DNA of 35,934 nucleotides from Armatimonadia bacterium. Lineage in GTDB: Bacteria > Armatimonadota > Zipacnadia > Zipacnadales > UBA11051. The notes beneath the pieces were generated by a model. It did not search any database. It saw only the letters and a program-made list of their open reading frames with translations, and had not been told where the DNA came from. Positions 1-9,254 of the stretch are shown here, one piece after another; the first letter of the stretch is position 1; every line of letters begins with the position of its first letter. Location of the stretch: assembly GCA_039683575.1 (NCBI GenBank), contig JBDKRC010000184.1, positions 1 to 35,934 on the forward strand, given 5' to 3'. The translations under genes and the position numbers were made by a program.

Positions 1-580
1 GGATGAGCCCGGACAGGTAGCCCCCCGGGATCAGGGCTCGGAACGTCTGCTCCTTGAAAGCGGGCATCGCTCCCGCGCAGACTGAAGTGAGGCCGCTCCA
101 GCGCGTGATGCGGTGGAAAAGACAGTCATAGGTCAGGCTGAGCCTTCCAGAGGGCTCGATCACGACCGTTTCTTTGAGACTCCAGATAGGCGCATTGTGG
201 TATACTTTGGGGTGCGAACACTCGCGGCTGATCTCTACAGTCGCCTTCCCCTCCGCGAGAACCACTCGCATCTCCGGTGCCCGATCGCCCAGTCCTGGCG
301 TTTCGGTCTGGCAGGCCCGCACTCCGGCGCCATCCTCGGTCGAGTGTGGTGTGGTATAGAGGGAGATGAAGGGGAAAAGAAGCGTCTGTCCGGACTTCAC
401 GTTGGAGATGGTGCCGCTCAGCCGGACAGTGACGCTGAAGCGGTCGGTGCCAAGTGTCACTCCGCCTTCCGCCTTGCCCAGTTCACGAACTTGCGCCGAC
501 GCCAGTGAAGGCAGCATCAGCAGAACCGGCATCACAGCGAGAAGACAAGCATCCGTCTTGCGCCACTGGATAGGGGCCAT
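1..580 (-). CDS. Secreted hypothetical protein, N-terminal part (runs off the left edge)
   Basis: Read manually; absent from the ORF track because it has no stop in the window. ATG at 580 with GGAGG 5 nt upstream. Frame is open to base 1: MAPIQWRKTDACLLAVMPVLLMLPSLASAQVRELG..., with a Sec-type signal peptide ending ASA-Q. Confidence 0.75.
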   Translation of the reverse strand, partial: MAPIQWRKTDACLLAVMPVLLMLPSLASAQVRELGKAEGGVTLGTDRFSVTVRLSGTISNVKSGQTLLFPFISLYTTPHSTEDGAGVRACQTETPGLGDRAPEMRVVLAEGKATVEISRECSHPKVYHNAPIWSLKETVVIEPSGRLSLTYDCLFHRITRWSGLTSVCAGAMPAFKEQTFRALIPGGYLSGLI

Positions 581-898
581 GTCTGCCTCCAAATGCTCCT
601 GTACCAACGGGTGATGGGGCTGAAGTCTTCCGCGCGCTCGTTGCCCAGACCTGCCGGGCGAATACCGCGATATGCCAGTTCCGATCAAGTATCTGCTTCG
701 GGTCAGGCCGGACCGCAAAACTCAAGATTGGCAGTCACAAACGCCGGAATTGGCCCTTTCCTTAGGCGTTCTTGAACATTTCATTAGGTTATTCGGCGAC
801 AATAGACACTGGTTGGCGGACTGCGCACCTGAGGTCAGTTCTCAATCTGGCTCAGGCCGGTCCTAATCTGGCACGAGAGAGGCTGGGGGAACCATACC

Positions 899-2473
899 AT
901 GACTCAACCCATTGGCAAGCAGGCTTCCGAAGCGGCTGGTCTGACGGAAGCCGACTGCCGGCTGTACCAACAGGCTGCTGAGAACCTCCGAGACTGCCTC
1001 TGGTCCTACTACCTCGAGCCAGAGCCTGGCCTCGCGCTCCTGACGAGGGGCGTACACGACCTGACCGGCTACACACGCCAGGAATTCGCCGAGCGCCCCG
1101 AGCTTTGGTTCGAGATCATTCACCCCGAAGACCGCCCCGCCGTGCTGCAGGAAAGATCCAGGCTCATCGCCGGCACAACGACCGATGTTCACTACCGGAA
1201 CCGCATCATCCGCAAGGACGGCGAGATTCGGTGGACCCACACGCGTGCCCGCGCCACCCGTGACGAAAAAGGCCTGCGTCTGGATGCCATCACCAACGAC
1301 GTCACCGACCATGTGCGTCTGGAGGAGAAAGTCCGCCGTGCGGATCGCCTGTCGGCGGTGTCCCTACTGGCCGGTGGAATTGCTCATGAGTACAACAACC
1401 TGCACTTTGCCATTTTGGGGACGCTGGACCTGCTCTTGATGCGCAACGATCTTGAGACAGGGCTGCGCCAGCACATAAACCGCGTCCGTGAGGCGGCGGA
1501 GAGAGCCTCGGACATTACCAACAAGCTGGTCTCGTTCGCCCGTGGCGGCACCGGCGGCCGCGAAGTCATGGAAGTTGCGGAGCTCATTGAAGCGACCTTG
1601 GGCATGGTTCAGAAGGAGTTCACCACCAAGGGCATCGAGGTGGAGATCAAGCACCCACCGTTGCCGCTGCGGATCCATGGCAACCGCGCCGAACTCGGGC
1701 AGGTCATCGTCAACCTCGTACTCAACGCCCAGCAGGCGATGGCCGACTCGCAGACAAAAAAGCTGACCTTGAGCAGTGGCATCCGCGAAGGCCGGGTCTA
1801 CATCACCATCAAGGACACTGGGCATGGCATCAGCGAAAGCAACATGCCCCGTCTTTTTGACCCATTCTTCACCACCAAGGGCGCGGCAGGGTCATGGCTT
1901 GAGGAACGTGCTGCCACCGACGCCTACCTGCCGGGCCGGGGGCTGGGGCTAAGCGTCGCGCAGACGATTGTGCAGGAGCACGGGGGCGATATCGAGGTAG
2001 AAAGCGAAGTGGGGGCCGGCACCAGGTTCACCGTCTACCTGCCACCGGCGGAGCAACTCGAGGGCCATCCTGGCGACACTTCGCCCTTTATCGCCATGCG
2101 GCAGGGGCGCATCCTCATCGCCGACGACGAGGAACCCGTGCGGATGGTCTGCCGCGAGCTTCTGGAGCGCCTGAGCTACGACGTAGCCGAGGCGGAGGGC
2201 GGCGAAGTAGCGCTGGATCTGCTCAACCGGGAGCCCTTTGATCTGGTTCTGGTTGACTTGCAGATGCCCGACATCAGTGGGCTGGAGTTGATACGCCGCA
2301 TCAACGACATTCCGTCGCAGCGCCGTCCGGCCAAGCTCATCATCACCGGCAACATCGATGACCTCCCCCCGGAGACCTGCGCCGACCTGGGGATCTCAGG
2401 GCTGCTGCAAAAGCGCTCGAATCTGAGCGAGTTGGTGAGCAAGGTCCAGTTGGCGCTGGCTTCACGCCGCTAG
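899..2473 (+). CDS. Hybrid PAS sensor histidine kinase with C-terminal receiver domain
   Basis: PAS/PAC (IHPEDR...RKDGEIRW), H-box (GIAHEYNN), N-box (NLVLNAQQA), DTGHGI, FDPFFTTK, GRGLGL; receiver ILIADDE...VDLQMPDISG. Confidence 0.93.
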   Translation: MTQPIGKQASEAAGLTEADCRLYQQAAENLRDCLWSYYLEPEPGLALLTRGVHDLTGYTRQEFAERPELWFEIIHPEDRPAVLQERSRLIAGTTTDVHYRNRIIRKDGEIRWTHTRARATRDEKGLRLDAITNDVTDHVRLEEKVRRADRLSAVSLLAGGIAHEYNNLHFAILGTLDLLLMRNDLETGLRQHINRVREAAERASDITNKLVSFARGGTGGREVMEVAELIEATLGMVQKEFTTKGIEVEIKHPPLPLRIHGNRAELGQVIVNLVLNAQQAMADSQTKKLTLSSGIREGRVYITIKDTGHGISESNMPRLFDPFFTTKGAAGSWLEERAATDAYLPGRGLGLSVAQTIVQEHGGDIEVESEVGAGTRFTVYLPPAEQLEGHPGDTSPFIAMRQGRILIADDEEPVRMVCRELLERLSYDVAEAEGGEVALDLLNREPFDLVLVDLQMPDISGLELIRRINDIPSQRRPAKLIITGNIDDLPPETCADLGISGLLQKRSNLSELVSKVQLALASRR

Positions 2474-2495
2474 TTGTATACTGTATGCAAAATGC

Positions 2496-2530
2496 AAAAA
2501 GCCGCCGGCAATGCCGGCGGCTTCTTCGTT
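2496..2530. terminator. Probable bidirectional intrinsic terminator
   Basis: AAAAA-GCCGCCGGC-AAT-GCCGGCGGC-TTCTTCGTT between convergent genes. Confidence 0.75.
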
Positions 2531-2547
2531 TCTGGGGCACCACAGGT

Positions 2548-3516
2548 CTATGTGTGCGCTTGCTGCCACTGAAGCGCCGCGTCAATGATCCCGTAGATGT
2601 CATACTGCGGATCGTATCCGAGCACCTTGCGCGCTTTGTTGATGTTGATCTCAAACGAATGGTAACCCGAGGCGGTGATGATGGCCGTCTGCAGTCCGAT
2701 CTTGGCCGCCAGATAGCTCGCGGCCTTGTCATATTGGAACGCCGCGGGGGCGGCGATGTTGAAGGTCTCGCCGAGGCTGGCCGGGTTACCCAGCGCGCGG
2801 TCAAAGGCCTGCACCACGTCGTTCAGATGCACGATGTGCCGCGTATAGGGCTTCCCCTTCTCGTTGACCAGGATCGGCACGCGGTTCTCGCCACGGTCGA
2901 GCATGGCGCGGAGTTCGTCGGTCAAGTACTCATCCCACCCGTGGCCCTTCTCCGCCGGGTTGAGGTTGCGCAGTGAGAGGTGGTTGAGGATGTCCGCCTT
3001 CTCAAAGATCCACGACATGCGCAGAATGGTCGTGGGCAGGGCATACTGGATGTTGTACTGGTTGAACATTACCTCTTCCATGACCTTACTGAAGGCATAG
3101 TAGCCCGGGTAGGCCATGAGCGGGTGGGTCTCGTCAATCGGGTGAGTGTGCGGATAGAACCAGATGCCGCAAGCGGCGTCTCCGCCCGCCAGAATGAGTT
3201 GCTTGATATCCAGCTCCCGGGCCGCCTCAAGCACGTTGAACGTCCCCTTGAGGCTCACATCGAAGAAGGTCTCGGGGTCCTCCTTGGTGGTGGCAAGGCA
3301 CAGCACGCCATCACAACCGGCCATGGCCTGCCGGACATCGTCCACCTTCCTGATGTCACCTGCAACCGATTCCAGCCCCGCAGCCTCGGGCAGTGGCGTC
3401 CGATGCACCATCGCTCGAATGGTGATTCCATGTCCGAGGAAGTGGTTGGTCAGCGCCTGGCCAAGCTTGCCACTGCCACCAAAGACAGCCAGCTTGCGGA
3501 GGTTGAGGGTGTTCAT
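2548..3516 (-). CDS. NAD(P)-dependent epimerase/dehydratase (extended SDR family)
   Basis: GGSGKLG Rossmann motif, YAFSK (YxxxK), HIVHLNDVV. Start moved to ATG 3516 (MNTLNL), which has AGGA upstream; the track start at 3633 is probably over-extended. Confidence 0.88.
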   Translation of the reverse strand: MNTLNLRKLAVFGGSGKLGQALTNHFLGHGITIRAMVHRTPLPEAAGLESVAGDIRKVDDVRQAMAGCDGVLCLATTKEDPETFFDVSLKGTFNVLEAARELDIKQLILAGGDAACGIWFYPHTHPIDETHPLMAYPGYYAFSKVMEEVMFNQYNIQYALPTTILRMSWIFEKADILNHLSLRNLNPAEKGHGWDEYLTDELRAMLDRGENRVPILVNEKGKPYTRHIVHLNDVVQAFDRALGNPASLGETFNIAAPAAFQYDKAASYLAAKIGLQTAIITASGYHSFEININKARKVLGYDPQYDIYGIIDAALQWQQAHT

Positions 3517-3669
3517 GTCACATGTCCTATCCAGTGATCTAGTAGCCTGCTTCAATACCAGCGAACCAAATGGCCATTCGGCCGTCGTCCTCCCCCCTCC
3601 TTCGTCCCGACCCGACTTTGTCGTCTTGAGCAAAGCGAGTATCCCCCCGACTGCCCAATCACCTGTCGC

Positions 3670-3758
3670 TCAAAATGGGGACGGAGCCTTGGCGCGGGCG
3701 CAAGCTCCGCGGGAACCTTCACAGTCATCGCCGCGCAAAGGCTCCGTCCCCATTTTGA
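3670..3758. repeat. Long inverted repeat (REP/MITE-like)
   Basis: TCAAAATGGGGACGGAGCCTT (3670-3690) is the exact reverse complement of AAGGCTCCGTCCCCATTTTGA (3738-3758). The pairing extends to 28 bp with one mismatch. Confidence 0.8.
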
Positions 3759-3783
3759 CCACCCAGCTCCCGTCCCGCGTTGC

Positions 3784-4836
3784 CTATCCGTACAGCCAGG
3801 ACACCGGGAAGCGCGTTACCTGGGTCAGGTTCAGCCCACCTGTGGCGCGCTGTCCCGCGCAGTATGCCAGCAGGACGTCATCGCCCTCAAAGTGCATCGC
3901 CGTATAGCAGTACCACCCGCCCGGATCATCCTCCAGCACCCGTCGCGTCTCCCACGTCTCGCCCTCATCGCGTGAGATAGCCGCTACCAGCGGTGTCCGT
4001 TTGCCCTCGTACTCCGCAGTGATGCTGCTGTGATCGTTGTACACGAGCAACAGATCGCCCGTTGAGGGTATCCGCTTGCAGGTGGCCGGGCTGACCGGCG
4101 ATCTGAGGTCAGTCGGCTCCACCCGCGACCAGGTCTGCCCCTGGTCTTCCGAGTAAGTTCGGTACAGGCACCCCATCAGCGTGCGGAACAGCATGAGCAG
4201 GCGCCCGTCCATCAGTTCCACCAGGCCCGGCTCCTGCAGGTTCACGGGCTCCGGCGTGTTGGGGATCATCTCGCTGCGACCCCAGGTCCGCCCGCTGTCA
4301 TCGGACAGGAAGCACACTCCGTTGCCGATGCCGAGGCTGCTGCCATTGAAGGTCTGATGGTCCGCCGCCGGGATGATGATACGACCCGACGAGAGTTGCA
4401 CCAGCCGGTCATTGTTCACCACATAGTACGATGGCGGCTGCGAGCAGCAGATCGCATCGCTCCATGATTTCGCCTCATCGCTTGAGAACCTGGCCATGTA
4501 GTCCAGCGTCTGCGCCTCGCCAACCCGGTTGCGCACCAGGTATCCCAGCATGATCTCGCCAGACTGCAGCCGTAGGAACGACACCGACATGGTGTTCATC
4601 TGTCCCTCGTTAAGGATCAGGACCAGATCCTCGCCCCACGTCTTGCCGCCATCGCCCGAGTACCTCGAGGCCACGTAAGAGGGACTGTCATCCCGTCCCT
4701 CGTTGCCGTAGAAGTGGCTATAGGCAAGCATCAGGCGGCCATCCTTGAGCTTCACGAAGGCGCCCTCTGAATTGCGCGGATTGTCCGGCCCCGGCGGCAG
4801 GAGCGGGTTCCTATGAAGCTGTGGGTCGGTCAACAT
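3784..4836 (-). CDS. BNR/Asp-box exo-alpha-sialidase-like protein (GH33-like beta-propeller)
   Basis: Five Asp boxes (SGDGGKTW, SSDEAKSW, SDDSGRTW, SEDQGQTW, SRDEGETW), RNSEG, QEPGLVEL, RTPL, YCY. GAGG RBS. Confidence 0.88.
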   Translation of the reverse strand: MLTDPQLHRNPLLPPGPDNPRNSEGAFVKLKDGRLMLAYSHFYGNEGRDDSPSYVASRYSGDGGKTWGEDLVLILNEGQMNTMSVSFLRLQSGEIMLGYLVRNRVGEAQTLDYMARFSSDEAKSWSDAICCSQPPSYYVVNNDRLVQLSSGRIIIPAADHQTFNGSSLGIGNGVCFLSDDSGRTWGRSEMIPNTPEPVNLQEPGLVELMDGRLLMLFRTLMGCLYRTYSEDQGQTWSRVEPTDLRSPVSPATCKRIPSTGDLLLVYNDHSSITAEYEGKRTPLVAAISRDEGETWETRRVLEDDPGGWYCYTAMHFEGDDVLLAYCAGQRATGGLNLTQVTRFPVSWLYG

Positions 4837-5029
4837 GACTGCACCTCACTCGGATGTGGAGAAGATTGTGGAAAGGCATCGGGCAGAAAGGGCCGTGCAA
4901 CCTGCCAAAATCCCCAGACAACCAGCATTGTCAAGCTTTGTCGCCAATAGTTGTACTCGGCATCGCGGTGTCCGGTCTTGTGTTATCCACAATTCACCGA
5001 CACGTTTTCCACCGATTCACCGCCGATTT

Positions 5030-6427
5030 TCAGTTTGGGGCCACGCCAGGACCACTCACGTCTCTGATCAAGAGCGCCTCTGCGTCGGGAGCCGTGGGTG
5101 GGGAAGTAACGTCCAGCCCCGACAGCCGCGCCTGCTCACATTCCTCGATGACCAGCCCGTGCTGCCAGGGCCCCGTGACAGCCTCCCAGGACACCCGCAA
5201 GCCCTCGATCCGCAGTCCCTGCACATGTCGCGCCAGTAGTCCTGCAGGCACACCGTTGGTCCCACACGGGGTCGCTCTCAGGTCGGCCAGGTTGGGGTTC
5301 ACCTCGCCGCCGGTGAGTCGCAGATCAATGTCATGCAGGTGTATGTCCTGCACCGGGTGACCTGGATTGCCGCCGATGTAGCTGCCCTCCCGCGCGAGGG
5401 CGCGGAAGTGCGAGAACGACAGGTTACGGATTTGCGCCGGGCGCTTCGCATGCTCGCCCAGCAGCATGTTCCACGGCATGACGGCATCAATCAGGAAGTT
5501 CGACAGGTGGAGGTTCTCGATGGTCACGCCATGCGCGGTGCGTTCGGAATACGCGGACACAATGCTCAAGCCGGTGCGTGACTCTTTGACTATGATGTTC
5601 GAGAGAGTGCAGTTGCGAACCACGCCATCGCCGACGCCGATGCGGATGGCATTGCAGGGGGTGCTCAGCACGCAGTTGGTTATCACCACATTCTCGCAGG
5701 GCTGCGCGTGCTCGCCCAGCAGCCGGCTGTGGCCACGCAAGGTGATGGAGTCGTCGCCGGAGTGGATGACGCAGTCACTGACGGTCACATCGCGGCAGCA
5801 GTCAAGGTCTATCCCATCGCCATTGGCGGTCTGCGGCGGGTTGGTGATGCGCAGCCCCCGTATCCTCACGCCGTCGCAGCCAAGCAGCAGCAGCGTCCAG
5901 TACGGGCTGTCCACCAGCGAGACGTCTCGCACCGACACGTTGGTGCAGCGGCAGAAGAACACCATCTGGCCGGGACGCCACGGTCCGATGGGGAAGTTGC
6001 GGGCCTTGCGACGGTACGTCGTCGTGACTTCAGCTTCTGGCAGGGCCTCGAAGAAAGCGCCGCTATTGCCGTCTATGGTGCCCTCGCCAGTGATCGCCAC
6101 GCAGTCTTGCTGGTAGGCGATAATCAGATGGGCGCCGGTTACATTCTCAGTAGTGAAGACCGGGTTCTCCGGGAAGATATCATCCGGATTGTAGTCCTCC
6201 CGCCTGCTGCTGCCGCGCAGGACTGCGCCAGCGGTGAGATGTAGCGTGACATGGCTCTTGAGATAGAGCGTGCCGGTGAGATATGTGCCAGCGGGCACGA
6301 CCACAGTCCCCCCACCGGCGCCATGGCAGGCGTCAATGGCCTGCTGAAGGGCAGCGGTGTCGAGGGCTATGCCGTCACCTACGGCGCCAAAGGCGCGGAC
6401 ATCGTGATACGCGGGGAAGAGTTGCAT
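5030..6427 (-). CDS. Glycoside hydrolase family 28-like (polygalacturonase/pectin lyase fold)
   Basis: VRAFGAVGDG..DTAALQQAID, GTYLTG, NGDGID, GDDSI beta-helix motifs. Likely start is ATG 6427 (MQLFP) with GAGG upstream. Confidence 0.88.
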   Translation of the reverse strand: MQLFPAYHDVRAFGAVGDGIALDTAALQQAIDACHGAGGGTVVVPAGTYLTGTLYLKSHVTLHLTAGAVLRGSSRREDYNPDDIFPENPVFTTENVTGAHLIIAYQQDCVAITGEGTIDGNSGAFFEALPEAEVTTTYRRKARNFPIGPWRPGQMVFFCRCTNVSVRDVSLVDSPYWTLLLLGCDGVRIRGLRITNPPQTANGDGIDLDCCRDVTVSDCVIHSGDDSITLRGHSRLLGEHAQPCENVVITNCVLSTPCNAIRIGVGDGVVRNCTLSNIIVKESRTGLSIVSAYSERTAHGVTIENLHLSNFLIDAVMPWNMLLGEHAKRPAQIRNLSFSHFRALAREGSYIGGNPGHPVQDIHLHDIDLRLTGGEVNPNLADLRATPCGTNGVPAGLLARHVQGLRIEGLRVSWEAVTGPWQHGLVIEECEQARLSGLDVTSPPTAPDAEALLIRDVSGPGVAPN

Positions 6428-6576
6428 ATTCAGCCTCAAGTTGCCTGGGTCAGCACGAGCGCTGGTAGCATTCGCCGGAAGTCCCTCAAAGGCCTTGGCA
6501 GTATTTGGAGGTTGCTCTTGTCCAGAACGGGAAGAGACAGCCGCAGCCGACGTAGTGCTGCAGGAGGCAATACATC

Positions 6577-7548
6577 GTGGACAACTGGGTCTCACATCCC
6601 GATCAGGTAGACGCACTCGTCGCAAAATGGCAGTCGGAGTATCCGGGCTTGCTGCAGGTGGAGCACACGAAACAGTACACCGGACGCCCTGTATGGGCGC
6701 TGACGGTCACAGACCGCAGTGTGCCCGACGACAACAAGAAGAAGGCGATCATCTTCAAGCCCCATGCCCATGAGCCGGCGCCCATCGCGGGGCAGATGAA
6801 TGTCATGTCGCAGCTTCTGACCGGGCGCACACTGGCGGGTGAAGCAACAGAGCTGCCTCGGGAGCGCTACCTAAGCGAATGTGTGCTGTGCTTCATGCCC
6901 GACGCCAATCCCGCGGGAACGGCCGCGGCGCCGGTTGAGGCGTGGGACGGCACACAGTACACCAATGAGGAGTTCTGGGCGTGGATGCGGGGTGTAGACC
7001 CGGAGACCGGCAAAATGTGGAAGCGCGTGGACCTCTGGGACGACACGAAGGAGGAGACACTGCCCACGCGCTACGGCATTGTCTATGAACAGATCTCCGA
7101 GCATGAGTATGTCGAGCCAAACCGTCACCAGCGGTCTTCGCTGCACCAGTGGCTCAAGCGCCTGCGGGAGCGGACCCAATGGGACCGGCTGCTGGACCTA
7201 CACCAGACGGAGTTCGTGGGGCAAATGGGGAATTCCATGGTTATCCTCCCCGCGGGCTATCCCACCCAGCCCCAGGAGCGGCAGGAGATCGAGACCCGGT
7301 GGGCCCAGCGCCTCCTTCAGGCATGGGCGCAGGTTGACGGCGGCAGGCCCATCATGAAGGCAGAGCCGCTGAATTACGGCCCCGACCAGTTGAACTACTT
7401 CCTGCAGGTCTTCGGTGACGTCTACCAGACCTGCAACATGATCACCAGCGAGATCCAGAACAACAGCCTGCTAACCCCGCCGCCGGTGCAGCAGAAGCTG
7501 AACGAAGTGGCAATCGTGGAAACGGTGGAGGACATGCTGGAGGGGTAG
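6577..7548 (+). CDS. M14 family zinc carboxypeptidase-like protein
   Basis: GRPVWALTVT, HAHE (HxxE), NPAG, NR and DLH motifs, late catalytic E (SEIQ). GTG start with AGGAGG. Confidence 0.75.
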   Translation: MDNWVSHPDQVDALVAKWQSEYPGLLQVEHTKQYTGRPVWALTVTDRSVPDDNKKKAIIFKPHAHEPAPIAGQMNVMSQLLTGRTLAGEATELPRERYLSECVLCFMPDANPAGTAAAPVEAWDGTQYTNEEFWAWMRGVDPETGKMWKRVDLWDDTKEETLPTRYGIVYEQISEHEYVEPNRHQRSSLHQWLKRLRERTQWDRLLDLHQTEFVGQMGNSMVILPAGYPTQPQERQEIETRWAQRLLQAWAQVDGGRPIMKAEPLNYGPDQLNYFLQVFGDVYQTCNMITSEIQNNSLLTPPPVQQKLNEVAIVETVEDMLEG

Positions 7549-7561
7549 AACTGGCAGAAGC

Positions 7562-7625
7562 TGTCATGCTGAGCGTAGCGAAGCATCTCGCTTGCTACGA
7601 GATGCTTCGCTACGCCTTGGTTGAC
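7562..7625. repeat. REP-like palindrome (GTCATGCTGAGCG..GCGAAGCATCT family)
   Basis: Perfect 18-bp arms GCGTAGCGAAGCATCTCG (7573-7590) and CGAGATGCTTCGCTACGC (7598-7615). The same family recurs at 30809-30874. Confidence 0.8.
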
Positions 7626-7642
7626 GAGTTTGACAGGGGATT

Positions 7643-8233
7643 CTACGGCTTCATGTGGCTCGCGTCGCCGTTCGGCCAGTAATGCCACGGCAAGAACCCC
7701 GTATAGGTGCCATCGAACTCTCCGTCTGGCTTCATCCACTTGGCGTGGCCATCGCAGAAAGTGATGTTGACGCCATCGTTGTGAAGAGTGGCCAGGTGCG
7801 GGGTGTAGGTCGCGCCGAACCCGTGAGGGTTTGAGCACGAGGCGAGTTGGTTCTGGTTCTCCACGAACAGGAAGTGCTCGGATGGGTACTGTATCGTGCC
7901 CAGGGACCAGCCGTAACCGTGATTGTAGTTGATGCCGTAGCCCCAGGCCTGTGTGTTGCGGCTGGGACACACGAGAATCTGTTTGCTCTTCATGTACGGC
8001 TCCAACTTGTCCGGCCAGAAGTACGGGTCCGGATAGCGGTAGGTCACAATTCGCTCATCGTAATCCTGTGCGTACGACAGCGCAGCCGTGCCAAGTTGTC
8101 GCATGTTGCTCAGACAACTGCTCTGACGTGCCTTCTCCCGGGCTTTGGCGAAGACAGGGAACAGAATGGCGGCCAGAATCGCGATGATCGCGATGACTAC
8201 CAACAACTCAATCAGTGTGAAGCCTCGACGCAT
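7643..8233 (-). CDS. Prepilin-type N-terminal cleavage/methylation domain protein with DUF1559 and H-X9-DG motif
   Basis: [44 protein letters not shown]-terminal [16 protein letters not shown]. Confidence 0.92.
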   Translation of the reverse strand: MRRGFTLIELLVVIAIIAILAAILFPVFAKAREKARQSSCLSNMRQLGTAALSYAQDYDERIVTYRYPDPYFWPDKLEPYMKSKQILVCPSRNTQAWGYGINYNHGYGWSLGTIQYPSEHFLFVENQNQLASCSNPHGFGATYTPHLATLHNDGVNITFCDGHAKWMKPDGEFDGTYTGFLPWHYWPNGDASHMKP

Positions 8234-8372
8234 GCCGATCACCCCTTCAGGATCATGCTACAGAATTGCTTCTCCGGGGACTCCCGGGGCACCTGCATCC
8301 TTTTTTGCACCTGCCTGAGCAAATCTGCACCCCTGGGGTGTAACCTGCTGTTGTCGGTAGCCGTGTCGTCGG

Positions 8373-8483
8373 ACTGTAGGGCGGGGGCTCCGTACCCCGC
8401 CTGCCGTTATCCACGATTACCTATCGCCACACGCGGCGGGGTACGAACTGTGATGCAGACATCGCCAAGCCCCGCCCTACAGT
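8373..8483. repeat. GTAG-type REP doublet (REPIN-like)
   Basis: ACTGTAGGGCGGGG (8373-8386) pairs with CCCCGCCCTACAGT (8470-8483). Inner CGTACCCCGCC (8391-8401) pairs with GGCGGGGTACG (8435-8445). Each unit is GTAG plus a GGCGGGG/CCCCGCC hairpin. Confidence 0.75.
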
Positions 8484-8514
8484 GGAGGGTCACACCCCAC
8501 CCCTGCGTCATGTG

Positions 8515-8542
8515 TTGCAGCGCCACCGTCGTGTGCTATAAT
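8515..8542 (+). promoter_or_regulatory. Sigma70-type promoter with extended -10
   Basis: TTGCAG (8515-8520), 16-nt spacer, TG-C-TATAAT (8534-8542), 17 nt upstream of the 8560 start. Confidence 0.6.
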
Positions 8543-8559
8543 GGCCCTGGAAGAGGGGA

Positions 8560-8943
8560 GTGATAAGATTGGGCGAGGACGTCGTTGTCGAGCCACGAGC
8601 ACACCGCGTGGCCAATCAGGTGACAGGGCTGCTGATCTTCCTGGTGGGGGTCGGTCTGCTCGTTCTCGTGTTCATGTGGGCACACGAGCTGTACCGCGGC
8701 ATTGATGCCCCGATGTTCGGCGTCTACCCGGCGACCGAGCAGCCGCAGGTGGCCGGAACGCCCAAGGCTGCACCCCTGCCGCCGGGGGCTGTGAAGGCCG
8801 AGCCTCGCACCGCCCGTGCCCTCACACCCACTGCCATGGCCCTGCTCGCCAAGCTGCTGGCCCTGATCGTCATGGGCTGGCTGGCGGCGCTGGTGGCCGG
8901 CAAGGGCATCGCTCTCGCTGTCAGCGCCTGTAAGCGCGAATGA
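8560..8943 (+). CDS. Small membrane protein with two TM segments, hypothetical
   Basis: Two hydrophobic stretches around a Pro/Ala-rich loop. GAGGGGA RBS. First gene of a tightly spaced four-gene run. Confidence 0.65.
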   Translation: MIRLGEDVVVEPRAHRVANQVTGLLIFLVGVGLLVLVFMWAHELYRGIDAPMFGVYPATEQPQVAGTPKAAPLPPGAVKAEPRTARALTPTAMALLAKLLALIVMGWLAALVAGKGIALAVSACKRE

Positions 8944-8952
8944 GGCGTCACT

Positions 8953-9240
8953 GTGGCTCAGGGGCGCGTGCATGTGATTGTTAGCGGCCGCGTGCAGGGC
9001 GTCGGCTTCCGCTACTTTGTGCAGCGTGAGGCGTGGCGGCTGGGGCTCAAAGGCTTTGTGCGCAATGTCTCAAGGGCGAAGCTTGAGGTAGTGGCAGAGG
9101 GCGAGCAGGCGGCGCTGGACGAGTTTGTGAATGAGGTGGGGGAGGGGCCACCGGGGGCGCGGGTGGAAAATGTTCAACTATCGCGCCAAACCCCTGCAGG
9201 CGATTTTCGCAGTTTCGAAGTCAGAGCTTCGTCAGGATAA
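8953..9240 (+). CDS. acyP: Acylphosphatase
   Basis: VSGRVQGVGFRYF signature, GFVRN, GPPGARV. Confidence 0.95.
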   Translation: MAQGRVHVIVSGRVQGVGFRYFVQREAWRLGLKGFVRNVSRAKLEVVAEGEQAALDEFVNEVGEGPPGARVENVQLSRQTPAGDFRSFEVRASSG

Positions 9241-9254
9241 TCGGGGGACCCCAC

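Noticed and set aside
7643-8233. Type IV pilus or type II secretion locus
   Set aside because: It is a lone DUF1559/H-X9-DG paralog with no assembly genes in the window.
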